Source of the DNA: Candidatus Limnocylindrales bacterium
GTDB lineage: Bacteria; Chloroflexota; Limnocylindria; Limnocylindrales; CSP1-4
Direction: 5' to 3'
DNA: 64,000 bases
Assembly: GCA_049967415.1 (NCBI GenBank)
Contig: JBMFSS010000005.1
Location: 6,044 to 70,043 of the forward strand
Below are positions 35,419 to 44,933 of the stretch, piece by piece; positions within the stretch are counted from its first letter, which is position 1, and every line of letters begins with the position of its first letter. The translations under genes and the position numbers were made by a program. Under the pieces are notes generated by a model. It was given only the letters and a program-made list of their open reading frames with translations, was not told the origin of the DNA and did no database searches.

Positions 35419-37022
35419 CCGACCAGCCGATCCCTGACGAGCTTCCCGTGCTCAGCAAGAAAGAGCGGATGAAGATCGACCGCCAGGTCATGCCTGAGCA
35501 GGAAGCGATCCTCCGCAGCACCAACTTCCGCGAGGTCAACCTGGGTTTCACCGAGCAGCTGGCCTTCATCGAGGCGGAGCGATGTCTGCAGTGCCCCAAG
35601 CCCTATTGCGTCGAGGGCTGCCCGGTCAACGTGAACATCCCCCGCTTCATCCTGCGGCTGACCCAGCACGATCTGAAGGGAGCCGCCGAGTCGCTCCTGG
35701 ACGATAACGCCCTCCCCTGCGTGACCGGCCGGGTCTGCCCCCAGGAAACCCAGTGTGAGGGCGTCTGTCTGCGGGGCAAGACCGGCAAACCGGTCGCCAT
35801 CGGATACCTGGAGCGGTTCGTGGCCGACTGGGCCAGCCAGCACCCGGACCAGCTCTCGCGCCCGATCCCGCGGGCCACCACCAAGCGCGTGGCAGTCGTC
35901 GGCTCGGGGCCGGCCGGGCTCACCGCGGCCGGCGAGCTCGTGAAGCGCGGACACCACGTGACCATCTTCGAAGCCTTCCATGCGGCGGGCGGCGTCCTGA
36001 TCTACGGAATCCCGGAATTCCGACTCCCCAAGGACATCGTGCAGGCGGAAGTGGACCGGCTGGTGGCCCAGGGCGTTGAGATCGAGCCGGATACGATCAT
36101 CGGCAAGACCTACACGCTCCCCGAGATCCGCGCGATGTTCGATGCGGTCTTCATCGCGGTGGGCGCCGGGTTGCCGGTCTTCATGAACGTGCCTGGCGAG
36201 AACCTCAAGGGCGTCTACTCCGCCAACGAGTACCTCACGCGGGTCAACCTGATGGGTGCCTGGAACCCGGACTCTGACACGCCGATCCTCAAGGGGCGCC
36301 GGGTGGTGGTGGTCGGCGGTGGCAACGTGGCGATGGACTCCGTCCGCACCGCCAAGCGACTGGGAGCCGACGAGGCGGTCTGCGTCTATCGCCGCAGTCG
36401 CGAGGAGATGCCGGCACGCCGCGAGGAGGTCCACCACGCCGAGCAGGAGGGGATCCGTTTCGATTTCCTGGTCGCGCCGGTCGAGGTGGTCGGCGACGAC
36501 AAGGGCTGGGTAACCGGCCTGCGCTGCATCCGGATGGAGCTGGGCGAGCCGGACGCGTCCGGGCGCCGTCGCCCCGTCCCCATCCCCGGCTCGGAGTTCA
36601 CCATCGACTGCGAAGAGGTGGTGGTGGCGATCGGGACCCGCAGCAATCCGCTGCTGACCCGCACCGCTCCCGACCTGCAGGTCAACCAGTGGGGCTATAT
36701 CGTCACCGACCAGTTCGGGATGACCAGCATGCCCGGTGTCTTCGCCGGAGGAGACATCGTGCGAGGCGCCGCCACCGTGATCCTGGCCATGGGCGACGGC
36801 AAGCGGGCCGCCCACGCCATCGATGCCTACCTGGCGGGGCACTACCCGCCCCCGCCCGAGCCGGGCCAGGAAGAGGCCGAAGCTGACGCCAGGGCCAAGG
36901 CAGCCCGGGCCGAGGCAAGGGCTGCCCATCCCCACCCGCACAACGCGGCGCAGCCGGCCGAAGCCGGGGCCGCCGAGCCTGCACCCGTGGAGGCAGGAAC
37001 GGCAGCCGGCGCGTCGTCCTAG
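35415..37022 (+). CDS. nfnB: NfnB/SudA-like large subunit (GltD-like, often annotated as homotetrameric NADPH-glutamate synthase)
   Basis: 'EAERCLQC..P.CVEGCP', 'GRVCPQETQCE', 'GSGPAGL', 'YGIPEFRLP', 'GGGNVAMD', 'FAGGDIV'; ATGA overlap with nfnA. Confidence 0.88.
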   Translation: MTDQPIPDELPVLSKKERMKIDRQVMPEQEAILRSTNFREVNLGFTEQLAFIEAERCLQCPKPYCVEGCPVNVNIPRFILRLTQHDLKGAAESLLDDNALPCVTGRVCPQETQCEGVCLRGKTGKPVAIGYLERFVADWASQHPDQLSRPIPRATTKRVAVVGSGPAGLTAAGELVKRGHHVTIFEAFHAAGGVLIYGIPEFRLPKDIVQAEVDRLVAQGVEIEPDTIIGKTYTLPEIRAMFDAVFIAVGAGLPVFMNVPGENLKGVYSANEYLTRVNLMGAWNPDSDTPILKGRRVVVVGGGNVAMDSVRTAKRLGADEAVCVYRRSREEMPARREEVHHAEQEGIRFDFLVAPVEVVGDDKGWVTGLRCIRMELGEPDASGRRRPVPIPGSEFTIDCEEVVVAIGTRSNPLLTRTAPDLQVNQWGYIVTDQFGMTSMPGVFAGGDIVRGAATVILAMGDGKRAAHAIDAYLAGHYPPPPEPGQEEAEADARAKAARAEARAAHPHPHNAAQPAEAGAAEPAPVEAGTAAGASS

Positions 37023-37040
37023 CGGCGGGGCGCCCTCCGG

Positions 37041-38465
37041 TCAGGAACGCGCGGCGGCCAGCCGGTCCAGCAGGTACTGCCGGACGCCCTCGAGCGGCAC
37101 TCGCTCCTGGACCATGCTGTCGCGGTCACGCACCGTGACGGCCCGGTCCTCGAGCGAGTCCATGTCCACCGTGACGCAGTACGGCGTCCCGATCTCGTCC
37201 TGCCGGCGGTAGAGCCTGCCGATGGAGGCCGTGTCGTCGTAGACCGCCATCAGGTCGCGCTTCAGATCGTCGCGGATCCGGTGGCAGAGCTCCACGATCT
37301 CGGGCCGCTTCTTGAAGAGCGGCAGCACGGCCACCTTGTAGGGCGCGAGCTCCGGGTGGAGGGAGAGCACCACGCGCGCTTCGCCGCGCACGTCCTCCTC
37401 GCGGTACGCGTCGATGAGGAACGTGAAGGCGGCCCGGTCGGCGCCCGCCGATGTCTCGACGATCCAGGGGACATAGTGCTCGCCGGTGGCCTGGTCGAAA
37501 TACTCGAGGTTCTCGCCGGTGGCCGCCTGGTGACGGCCCAGGTCCCAGTCGCCACGGTTGTGGATCCCCTCGAGCTCCTTCCACCCGAAGGGGAAGCGAT
37601 ATTCGACGTCCACCGCCTTCTTGGCGTAGTGCGCCAGTTCGTCGGGAGCGTGCTGCCGGAACCGGAGCCGAGCCGGGTTGACGCCGTATCGCTCGTACCA
37701 GGCGAGCCGCCGAGGCATCCACGCCTCGAACTGCGCGCCCGCCGTGTCGGGCCGCACGAAGTACTGCATCTCCATCTGCTCGAACTCGCGCATCCGGAAG
37801 ACGAAGTTGCCAGGGCTGATCTCGTTCCGGAACGCCTTCCCGATCTGGGCAATGCCGAAGGGCAGCTTCTTGCGACTGGTTTCCCGGACATTCCGGAAGT
37901 TCACGTAGATCCCCTGCGCCGTCTCGGGGCGCAGGTAGACCAGCGCCGCCTCATCCTCTACCGGCCCCATGTGGGTCTTGAACATCAGGTTGAAGCGGCG
38001 GGGCTCACTCAGCTTGCCGCCGTCGACGGGGCAGCGCAGGCCCAGGCGCTCGACGATGCCGGGGTCGCGCAGTTCGGTCTGGGTGAGCTCTTCGGCCCCG
38101 GGCAGCTCATCCAGGCGAAAACGCCGGTGGCAGGTCTCGCACTCCACCAGCGGGTCGGAGAACGAGGCCACGTGGCCGGATGTCACCCAGACCTGCGGCG
38201 CCATCAGGATCCCCGCGTCCAGCCCCACGATGTCGTCGCGCTCCTGGACCATGGCGCGCCACCATGCCCGCTTGACATTGTTCTTGAGCTCGACGCCCAG
38301 CGGTCCGTAATCCCAGACGGCGTTGATGCCGCCGTAGATCTCCGAGCTGGGGAAGATGAACCCGCGCCGCTTCGAGAGCGAGACAATCGTCTCCAGGGCG
38401 GAGACGGCTGGGCCGGGATCGGGCGCTGGCACGGTGGGGCTGGTCGGGTCGGGCATGTCGGTCAC
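37041..38465 (-). CDS. glyQS: Glycine-tRNA ligase (alpha2 type)
   Basis: '[15 protein letters not shown]', 'YLRPETAQG', '[10 protein letters not shown]', '[10 protein letters not shown]'; start could instead be ATG 38456. Confidence 0.96.
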   Translation of the reverse strand: MTDMPDPTSPTVPAPDPGPAVSALETIVSLSKRRGFIFPSSEIYGGINAVWDYGPLGVELKNNVKRAWWRAMVQERDDIVGLDAGILMAPQVWVTSGHVASFSDPLVECETCHRRFRLDELPGAEELTQTELRDPGIVERLGLRCPVDGGKLSEPRRFNLMFKTHMGPVEDEAALVYLRPETAQGIYVNFRNVRETSRKKLPFGIAQIGKAFRNEISPGNFVFRMREFEQMEMQYFVRPDTAGAQFEAWMPRRLAWYERYGVNPARLRFRQHAPDELAHYAKKAVDVEYRFPFGWKELEGIHNRGDWDLGRHQAATGENLEYFDQATGEHYVPWIVETSAGADRAAFTFLIDAYREEDVRGEARVVLSLHPELAPYKVAVLPLFKKRPEIVELCHRIRDDLKRDLMAVYDDTASIGRLYRRQDEIGTPYCVTVDMDSLEDRAVTVRDRDSMVQERVPLEGVRQYLLDRLAAARS

Positions 38466-38610
38466 GGCTGGGCGTGGCTCCTGTGCAGGGGGTCGGCAGG
38501 CGCGGGACAGATCGCTGCGCCAGTGCCGCCTATTCTCGCATGCCGGCGAACGGGCCCACCGGACCGGGCCCGGCACGATCCCGCCTCATCGCTCTTGGCG
38601 CGGATGGGCC

Positions 38611-39375
38611 TCACGTTGTCGCCCGCACCTCGTCGAGGAAGGCCAGAGAGCGGGCCTCGCGCTCGAGGACGTGCCGCACAAAGAGCCGCATGGCCTGCTC
38701 CACCTCCACCTCCACGGCCGCAGGCAGGCGAAGCCCGGCAATCTGTTCCAAGGGCAGGTGCCGGTACGCCTTGAGCAACCGGAGCCCGTCGGCCGACAGG
38801 CTTGCCCGCTCGGTCATGGGAAGCGGGTGGTCGGCGCACAGCAGTCCACCCAGCGCGGGTACCCAGCGGAACGCCTCGCCCGCTTCCAGCCGCCGATCGC
38901 ACTCCACGCACCGATCAACCTCCGGCCGCAGCCCGAGCTCGTCCGTCAGCCCGAACTCGAACCAGCGGGCCACCCGGCCCGGGGGAAGTCCCGCGTCCAG
39001 ATACTGGAAGCCGCGCGCGAGCAGCTCGTACAGGCGCGGGGCCGGGGCGCGTTCCTCGGCGGAACGCTCCACCAGCTCGGAGAAATACCAGGCCGTCGCG
39101 GTCGACTCCAGGCGGTCGCGCAGTGCCAGCCAGGCGTGCTGCACCGTGGCCTGGGTGATCACGTCGAAGGTCCTGCCACGCGCGAGCACCAGGTCCAGCT
39201 CGGCCAGGGGCTCCACGCTGCCACCCAGCCGGCTCTTCGGCCTGCGGACCCCCTTGGCAATCGCCTTCAACTTGCCGTCTCGGGGCGTCAGCAGCGTCAC
39301 CACCCGATCCGCCTCGCCGAGATCGAAATGCGTCAGGACGATGGCGGCGGTCCGGTAGACGCGCGGCGCTGACAT
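38611..39375 (-). CDS. recO: DNA repair protein RecO
   Basis: 'GEADRVVTLLT..GK..AIAKGVRRPKSR', Zn finger 'CVEC...GGLLC..H'; adjacent to glyQS. Confidence 0.94.
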   Translation of the reverse strand: MSAPRVYRTAAIVLTHFDLGEADRVVTLLTPRDGKLKAIAKGVRRPKSRLGGSVEPLAELDLVLARGRTFDVITQATVQHAWLALRDRLESTATAWYFSELVERSAEERAPAPRLYELLARGFQYLDAGLPPGRVARWFEFGLTDELGLRPEVDRCVECDRRLEAGEAFRWVPALGGLLCADHPLPMTERASLSADGLRLLKAYRHLPLEQIAGLRLPAAVEVEVEQAMRLFVRHVLEREARSLAFLDEVRATT

Positions 39376-39407
39376 GCCGCAAGCGTAGCGCCTGTATCAT
39401 CGGGCAC
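39376..39407. promoter_or_regulatory. 32-bp bidirectional leaderless promoter region (recO / polyprenyl synthase)
   Basis: Minus-strand TACGCT (39387-39382) 6 nt from the recO ATG; plus-strand TATCAT (39395-39400) 7 nt from GTG 39408. Confidence 0.65.
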
Positions 39408-40427
39408 GTGCTGACCCAGGCCGGCCTGCAGGCCATGATCGCCGACACGGAAGCGGAGATCCGCGCGGTTGTCGATGCGGCGGACGCTCCCGCCACCCAC
39501 GCGCTGTATGACATGCTGCGCTACCACCTTGGGCTCGACGGCGAATCGGGCGTCAGCGGCAAGCGACTGCGGCCGTTGCTGGGCCTGCTGGCCTATGCCT
39601 CCATCACCGGGGATCACCGGGGGGCGCTGCCGGGTGCCGCGGCCGTGGAGCTGGGCCACAACTTCAGCCTGGTACACGACGACATCGAGGACCGCGACGT
39701 CGAGCGCCGCCATCGCGCCGCGCTCTGGACCGTCTATGGCGTGGGGCAGGCGATCAACGCGGGAGACACCCTCTTCGTGCTCTCCCGGCTGGCCCTGCAC
39801 CGGCTGACGGACCTCGGGTACAGCGAACGGAAGGTGCTGCGCCTGATGCGGCTGTACGACGACACGTGTCTGGCTCTGTGCGAGGGGCAGTTCCTGGACA
39901 TCTCCTCCTCCGACCGGGCGGGTCAGCTGTCGGTGGACGGCTATTTCGACATGATCGGCCGGAAGACGGCGGCGCTGATTGCGGCCTCGGTGGAGGCCGG
40001 GGCCACGCTGGCCACGGACGACCAGTCCGTGGTCGACGCGTACCGGCGCTTCGGGTGGGCCTTGGGCCTGGCGTTCCAGCTGAACGACGACCTGCTCGGG
40101 ATCTGGGGCCAGGAGCAGGCGACGGGCAAGGAACCTTCGGACCTGGCCAAGCACAAGCGCACGCTGCCGGTCCTCTACGCCCTCGAGCACGCCACCCCGG
40201 ACGACCGCGACCGCTTGCTTCGCCTGTATGGGCAGGATGAGCCCACCCAGGAAGCGGTTGCCGCCGCCCGCGACATCCTGGAGCGGACGGGGGCCCGCGA
40301 CTACACGCGACGCGAGGCGCAGCGCCTCCGGGATGAGGCCCTCGCGGCGCTGGAGGCGACCGGCGTGGTCCAGGGCACGGCGCGCGACCGGCTCCGGGAG
40401 ATCATCGTCTCGGCGATCAGCGCCTGA
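39408..40427 (+). CDS. Polyprenyl (geranylgeranyl/farnesyl) diphosphate synthase
   Basis: 'GKRLRP', first Asp-rich 'VHDDIED', 'GQFLD', 'KTA', second 'FQLNDDLLG'. Confidence 0.93.
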   Translation: MLTQAGLQAMIADTEAEIRAVVDAADAPATHALYDMLRYHLGLDGESGVSGKRLRPLLGLLAYASITGDHRGALPGAAAVELGHNFSLVHDDIEDRDVERRHRAALWTVYGVGQAINAGDTLFVLSRLALHRLTDLGYSERKVLRLMRLYDDTCLALCEGQFLDISSSDRAGQLSVDGYFDMIGRKTAALIAASVEAGATLATDDQSVVDAYRRFGWALGLAFQLNDDLLGIWGQEQATGKEPSDLAKHKRTLPVLYALEHATPDDRDRLLRLYGQDEPTQEAVAAARDILERTGARDYTRREAQRLRDEALAALEATGVVQGTARDRLREIIVSAISA

Positions 40428-40433
40428 ACCGGG

Positions 40434-41762
40434 CTAGCCGCCCTCAGCCCCCGGCGCCACCTCCTCGGGCGCATGCCGGACCGCGAGCACCTTTCCCACG
40501 CGACGACCGTCGGTGGACTCGACGGTCAGCAAGACGCTGCCGACCTCGATCTGGTCGCCCACCCGGGGCACGCCCCCCACCCGGTGGTAGACCAGCCCGC
40601 CCACCGTGTCGTACTCCTCGCGGTCTTCATCCTCGAGGTCCAGGCCAAAGGCCTCCACGAAGTCGTCAATGTTGGCGCGGCCATCGAAACGGACCTGGTC
40701 GTCCGAGATCCGTTCGACCATCGGCTCCTCGGTGTCGTATTCGTCCTGGATCTCCCCCACGATCTCCTCGAGCAGGTCCTCGATGGTCACGATCCCTGCC
40801 GTGCCGCCGTACTCGTCCAGCACGATGGCCATGTGGACCTTGCGCCGCTGCAGCTCATGCAGGAGATCGTCCACGCTCATCGACTCCGGCACGAACAGGG
40901 GCGTGCGCAGCAGGCGGCGCAACTCGGGCGTGGTGGACGGGTCCTTGAGGTAGGGCAACAGATCCTTTGCGTACAGGATCCCCACCACGTTGTCGATGCT
41001 CTCCTCGTACACCGGGATGCGGGAGTGGCCCTCGCGCAGGATGGTATCGACCGCCTCGCCGAGCGGCGTGTCGACGGGGATGGCGGTGACGTCAGTGCGG
41101 GGCACCATGACCTGGTGCACGCGACCCTCCCCGAGCTCGATAACCGCGGAGAGCATCTGCTCCTCCTCGGCCTCCAGCACGCCCTGCTCGCCGCCCCGCT
41201 CCACCAGGATCTTCAGTTCGTCCATGGAGATCCGGTACGGATCGCTCGGTTCACCACCCAGCGGGCGCGCGATGGCGTTGGTGATCGCCTCCAGCAGGCG
41301 CACCAGCGGGCCCAGCAGTCGCTCCAGCAGCTCGAAAGGCCCGGCCACGGCCAGCGCGAACCGTTCCGCGTGCGCCAGCGCCACGGCCTTGGGGACAAGC
41401 TCACCGAAGACGATGGTGACCAGGGCCAGCAGCGCGGTGACGATCACCAGGGCCAGGGCGGCGGCGAGGGGGGCGAGCGCCGGCACCGCCGCGAAGGCGT
41501 TCCGCAGCCCCTCAGTCAGGCTGACCGCGGCGAACGCCGAGGCCAGGAAGCCGATGAAAGTGATCCCCAGCTGCGTCACGGCCAGGAAGCGCCCCGGCCG
41601 CTGGAGGAGCCGGTCGAGCCGCCGGGCCGAAGGGTGACCGTCCTCCACCAGCTGGTCCACCCGACTCCGGCGGATGGTGACCAGTGCGATCTCGGCCGCC
41701 ACGAAGATCGCATTGCAGGCGACCAGGACGGCGACGACCACCAGTTCCAGAAGGGGGTTCAT
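40434..41762 (-). CDS. Hemolysin/TlyC family CNNM-CBS-CorC domain protein
   Basis: 'FVAAEIAL', 'FGELVPK', 'HSRIPVY', '[23 protein letters not shown]'. Confidence 0.93.
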   Translation of the reverse strand: MNPLLELVVVAVLVACNAIFVAAEIALVTIRRSRVDQLVEDGHPSARRLDRLLQRPGRFLAVTQLGITFIGFLASAFAAVSLTEGLRNAFAAVPALAPLAAALALVIVTALLALVTIVFGELVPKAVALAHAERFALAVAGPFELLERLLGPLVRLLEAITNAIARPLGGEPSDPYRISMDELKILVERGGEQGVLEAEEEQMLSAVIELGEGRVHQVMVPRTDVTAIPVDTPLGEAVDTILREGHSRIPVYEESIDNVVGILYAKDLLPYLKDPSTTPELRRLLRTPLFVPESMSVDDLLHELQRRKVHMAIVLDEYGGTAGIVTIEDLLEEIVGEIQDEYDTEEPMVERISDDQVRFDGRANIDDFVEAFGLDLEDEDREEYDTVGGLVYHRVGGVPRVGDQIEVGSVLLTVESTDGRRVGKVLAVRHAPEEVAPGAEGG

Positions 41763-43243
41763 GAAACGGATTCGGGATCCCCGGTGGGTGCCGCCCCGGC
41801 GGTGGGTCCCGCCGGGCCAGGGACGGGATCAACGGCCGGGGCACGTGGCCGGCGAAGCCGGGCCGGGACGCCCACCGCCAGCATCCCATCCGGCACGTCG
41901 TGCGTGACCACCGACCCGGCCCCGGTTCGCGCGCCGATCCCCACGCTCACAGGCGCCACCAGCATGGTGTCCGAACCGATGAACGCACCGTCGCCGATGG
42001 CGGTGCGATGCTTGGCCTGGCCGTCGTAATTGCAGGTGATGGTGCCCGCGCCGATGTTGACGCCCGCGCCGACAGTGGCATCCCCGAGATAACTGAAGTG
42101 GTGCTGCTTGGAGCCGGCGCCCAGGCGGCTCGACTTGATCTCGGCGAAGTTACCGACCTCTGCGCCGTCTCCCACCGACGCGCCGGGCCGCAGGTGCGCC
42201 CAGGGACCGATGTGGACGTCGTCCCCCACCTCGCTCGATTCGATCACGCTCGACCAGATCCGACAGCGACGGCCCACCACGCTGTCCACGATCCGGCTTC
42301 CGGTGCCGACCAGGGTGTCCGCGCCGATCTGCGTGCGGCCCTGCAGCACCACGCCAGGCTCGACCACCACGTCCGGCTCGATCTGGACGGCCGCATCGAT
42401 CAGGACGCTGCCGGGATCCAGCACGGTCACGCCGGCCAGCATGTGCCGCTCGACGATCCGCCGGCGCAACTCAGCCTCGGCGGCGGCCAGCTGGACCCGG
42501 TCGTTGATGCCGGCCAGCTCGCGATGGTCCTCGACTTCCAGCGCGACCACCGCGCCTCCCTCGGCCTGCGCGATGGCGACCAGGTCGGGGAGGTAGTACT
42601 CGCCCGTGGCCGGCGACGGTGCAACCTGGCCGATCCGAGAGCGGACCCAGGCGGCATCGAACGCGTAGAGCGCGCCGTTGACCTCGCCGATCGCGCGCGT
42701 CCGCGCGTCGGCATCCTTCTCCTCGACGATGCGCGTCACGCGGCCGTCGCCGTCGCGAACAACACGGCCGTAGCCCCGCGCGTCCGGCGGGTGCGTGACG
42801 GCCAGCGCGATGGTGGCGTCTTCCTGCCGACGGAGCTCGATCAGCCGTTCGACCGTGGCTGGATGCAGCAGCGGGACGTCGCCACTCAGCACCACGATCT
42901 CCCCGGCCCCTGGCGGCGTGGCCGCCAGCGCCGCCCGCAGCGCATCGGCCGTACCCGCAGGTTCGGCCTGGATCGCGAACTGCGTGTCCGTGCCACGGAA
43001 CGCCTCGCGAACCGCCTCGGTGGCCGGGGAAATCACCACCAGCGGGGGGCGCCCGCTGACCCCCCGCGACACATCCAGGACATACGCCAGCATCGCGCGG
43101 CCACAGACCGGGTGCAGCACCTTGGGCCGGCGGGACCGCATGCGGGTTCCGAGGCCCGCCGCCAGCACGATCACGAGCGGTCCGCCGGGTGCTTCGGTCA
43201 CGCTGTCGGCGGACGGGGGGCGTTCTGGAGGGTTGGTGGTCAC
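41759..43243 (-). CDS. glmU: Bifunctional UDP-GlcNAc pyrophosphorylase / glucosamine-1-P N-acetyltransferase
   Basis: 'LAAGLGTRMRS..PKVLH', 'GEYYL', 'GINDR', 'HFSYLGD', 'CNYDG' and hexapeptide repeats. Confidence 0.96.
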   Translation of the reverse strand: MTTNPPERPPSADSVTEAPGGPLVIVLAAGLGTRMRSRRPKVLHPVCGRAMLAYVLDVSRGVSGRPPLVVISPATEAVREAFRGTDTQFAIQAEPAGTADALRAALAATPPGAGEIVVLSGDVPLLHPATVERLIELRRQEDATIALAVTHPPDARGYGRVVRDGDGRVTRIVEEKDADARTRAIGEVNGALYAFDAAWVRSRIGQVAPSPATGEYYLPDLVAIAQAEGGAVVALEVEDHRELAGINDRVQLAAAEAELRRRIVERHMLAGVTVLDPGSVLIDAAVQIEPDVVVEPGVVLQGRTQIGADTLVGTGSRIVDSVVGRRCRIWSSVIESSEVGDDVHIGPWAHLRPGASVGDGAEVGNFAEIKSSRLGAGSKQHHFSYLGDATVGAGVNIGAGTITCNYDGQAKHRTAIGDGAFIGSDTMLVAPVSVGIGARTGAGSVVTHDVPDGMLAVGVPARLRRPRAPAVDPVPGPAGPTAGAAPTGDPESVS

Positions 43244-43252
43244 GTCCCTGCG

Positions 43253-43281
43253 ATTCTCGGGCGGTGCGGAGCGGGTGTCAA
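43253..43281 (-). promoter_or_regulatory. Sigma70 promoter of glmU-tlyC
   Basis: Minus strand TTGACA(43281-43276)-17 nt-GAGAAT(43258-43253), 9 nt before the GTG. Confidence 0.7.
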
Positions 43282-43369
43282 CGGCCCCCGCTCCCCATGT
43301 GGAAGGCCCCGCGCTGCCCAACGCCCTCCGGCCCGCGCCGTCAGCCTAGAGCAGCTGGCGGCTCCAGCA

Positions 43370-43491
43370 GCCGAAACTCGGCGCCGGCCAACCACCGCCG
43401 GCGCCGACGGCGAGACGATCGCCACGGTGTCGCCGACCTGGATTGCCGATGGGACCCGCAGGTCATGCAGGTCGTGGTGCGCCTCCATCAT
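43370..43491 (-). pseudogene. N-terminal fragment of an S66 (LD-carboxypeptidase/MccF-like) peptidase
   Basis: 'VPSAIQVGDTVAIVSPSAPAV' resembles the S66 N-terminal motif, then degenerates. Confidence 0.55.
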
Positions 43492-43536
43492 CCCACTCCG
43501 GGTCACCCGAGCATCGCGATCGCGGTCCCGAAGACG

Positions 43537-43926
43537 TCACCGGGCCGGATCCGGCGCCAGCGCCATCGCCTCGACCTCCACCCGTCCACCGCGTGGGAGC
43601 GCCGCGACGGCGAAGGTGGACCGCGCCGGGAAAGGCTCCTGGAAGTGCCGGGCGTAGATTGCATTCACCGCCGCGAAGTCAGCCATGTCGGCAAGGAAGA
43701 TGGTGGTCTTGACGACATCCCCCAGGCCGACCCCGGCGGCCTCCAGCACGGCCTGCAGGTTGGTCAGCGCGAGCTCCGCCTGCGCCTCCACTCCGTCGGC
43801 AAACGCGCCCGTCGCGGGGTCCAGGCCGAGCTGCCCCGAACAGAAGACCAGGCCGCCCGCGCGGATTCCCTGGCTGTACGGGCCGATTGCCGCCGGGGCG
43901 GCTTCCGTCGCGATGCGAGCCTTCAT
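43537..43926 (-). CDS. ridA: RidA (YjgF/YabJ) reactive enamine deaminase
   Basis: 'APAAIGPYSQ', 'SGQL', 'PARS', 'VEVEA'. Confidence 0.93.
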   Translation of the reverse strand: MKARIATEAAPAAIGPYSQGIRAGGLVFCSGQLGLDPATGAFADGVEAQAELALTNLQAVLEAAGVGLGDVVKTTIFLADMADFAAVNAIYARHFQEPFPARSTFAVAALPRGGRVEVEAMALAPDPAR

Positions 43927-44933
43927 GTCGCTCCTCCTGTCGTCCGGGTGGCGATCACGCCCAGTGCGCCGCCCGGCGACTCCAACGAGCCCTGCGCCGC
44001 TGCCGCCCGAACGGTGGCAGCCGCCCGCCGTGCCCTGTCCGGTGAAGCATAGAGCACCGCCAGGGTGGGCCCGGAGCCGGAAAGATGCACCGGGCGATCC
44101 AGCAGATCGGCCAGCGCTCGGCGCAGCGGCTCGAGGCCCGGCAGGAGGGCTGCCGCGACCGGGAGGAGATCGTTGGCGGGTGCGGCGTCTGCCACCTGCG
44201 CCGCCGTGGCGCCACGGCGGAGGCGCCGGGCGAGTTCGGCCGCCGCACCGGGCCGCACCCCGGGAGCCTCGGGGGCGCCATCCGGTACGCGCGCCGGCCG
44301 GTCCCGGCGCCCCTCGTCCAGCGCGGCGAAGACGTCACGGGTTGGGAGCCGCGCGGCGGGCACCACCAGCAGCACGCCCAGGGGCCCGCCCGAGGGCGGC
44401 GGCAGCCGCCGCAGCCGCTCGCCACGGCCGCCCACCAGGGCCCAGGAGCGCAGGGCAAAGAACGGCACGTCGGAACCGAGAGCGGCCGCCAGGGCCAGGC
44501 GCCGGCCGGCCCCCAGCCGCAGCCCCCAGGCGGCCGCGGCGAGCTCCAGCGCCGCGAGCGCGTCGCTGCTTCCGCCCCCCAGCCCGGCCGCGACCGGGAT
44601 CCGCTTCCGCAGCCGAAACTCCAGGGGTGCGAGTGACCGGCCCGTCTCGGCCCGCAGCAGCGCCGCGGCCCGCAGCACCAGGTTGTCGGACGTCGCGAGC
44701 GCGGGGACGCCGAGCACGGAGAGCCGGTCGCGCGGGTCACCCGGGGGCGCCCCGGCGCCGACCACGGCTGACAGCTCGTCGGCCAGCCCGAGGGGAGCGA
44801 AGACCGAGGCCAGCTCGTGGAACCCGTCCGGCCGGCGCCCGAGGACTTCCAGGACCAGGTTGAGCTTGGCAGGGGCGCGCACCGCGAGGGCCGGGGTACG
44901 CGCACTCGCGCGCGCACGAGAGAACCCGCTCAC
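43923..44933 (-). CDS. ispE: 4-(cytidine 5'-diphospho)-2-C-methyl-D-erythritol kinase
   Basis: 'APAKLNL', 'DGFHEL', 'KRIPVAAGLGGGSSDA', 'GSDVPFF', 'SGSGP'. Confidence 0.93.
   Translation of the reverse strand: MSGFSRARASARTPALAVRAPAKLNLVLEVLGRRPDGFHELASVFAPLGLADELSAVVGAGAPPGDPRDRLSVLGVPALATSDNLVLRAAALLRAETGRSLAPLEFRLRKRIPVAAGLGGGSSDALAALELAAAAWGLRLGAGRRLALAAALGSDVPFFALRSWALVGGRGERLRRLPPPSGGPLGVLLVVPAARLPTRDVFAALDEGRRDRPARVPDGAPEAPGVRPGAAAELARRLRRGATAAQVADAAPANDLLPVAAALLPGLEPLRRALADLLDRPVHLSGSGPTLAVLYASPDRARRAAATVRAAAAQGSLESPGGALGVIATRTTGGAT

Noticed and set aside
35415-37022. Glutamate synthase small subunit (gltD) call
   Set aside because: No gltB nearby, and the gene is coupled to an NfnA-like gene, which fits NfnB/SudA better
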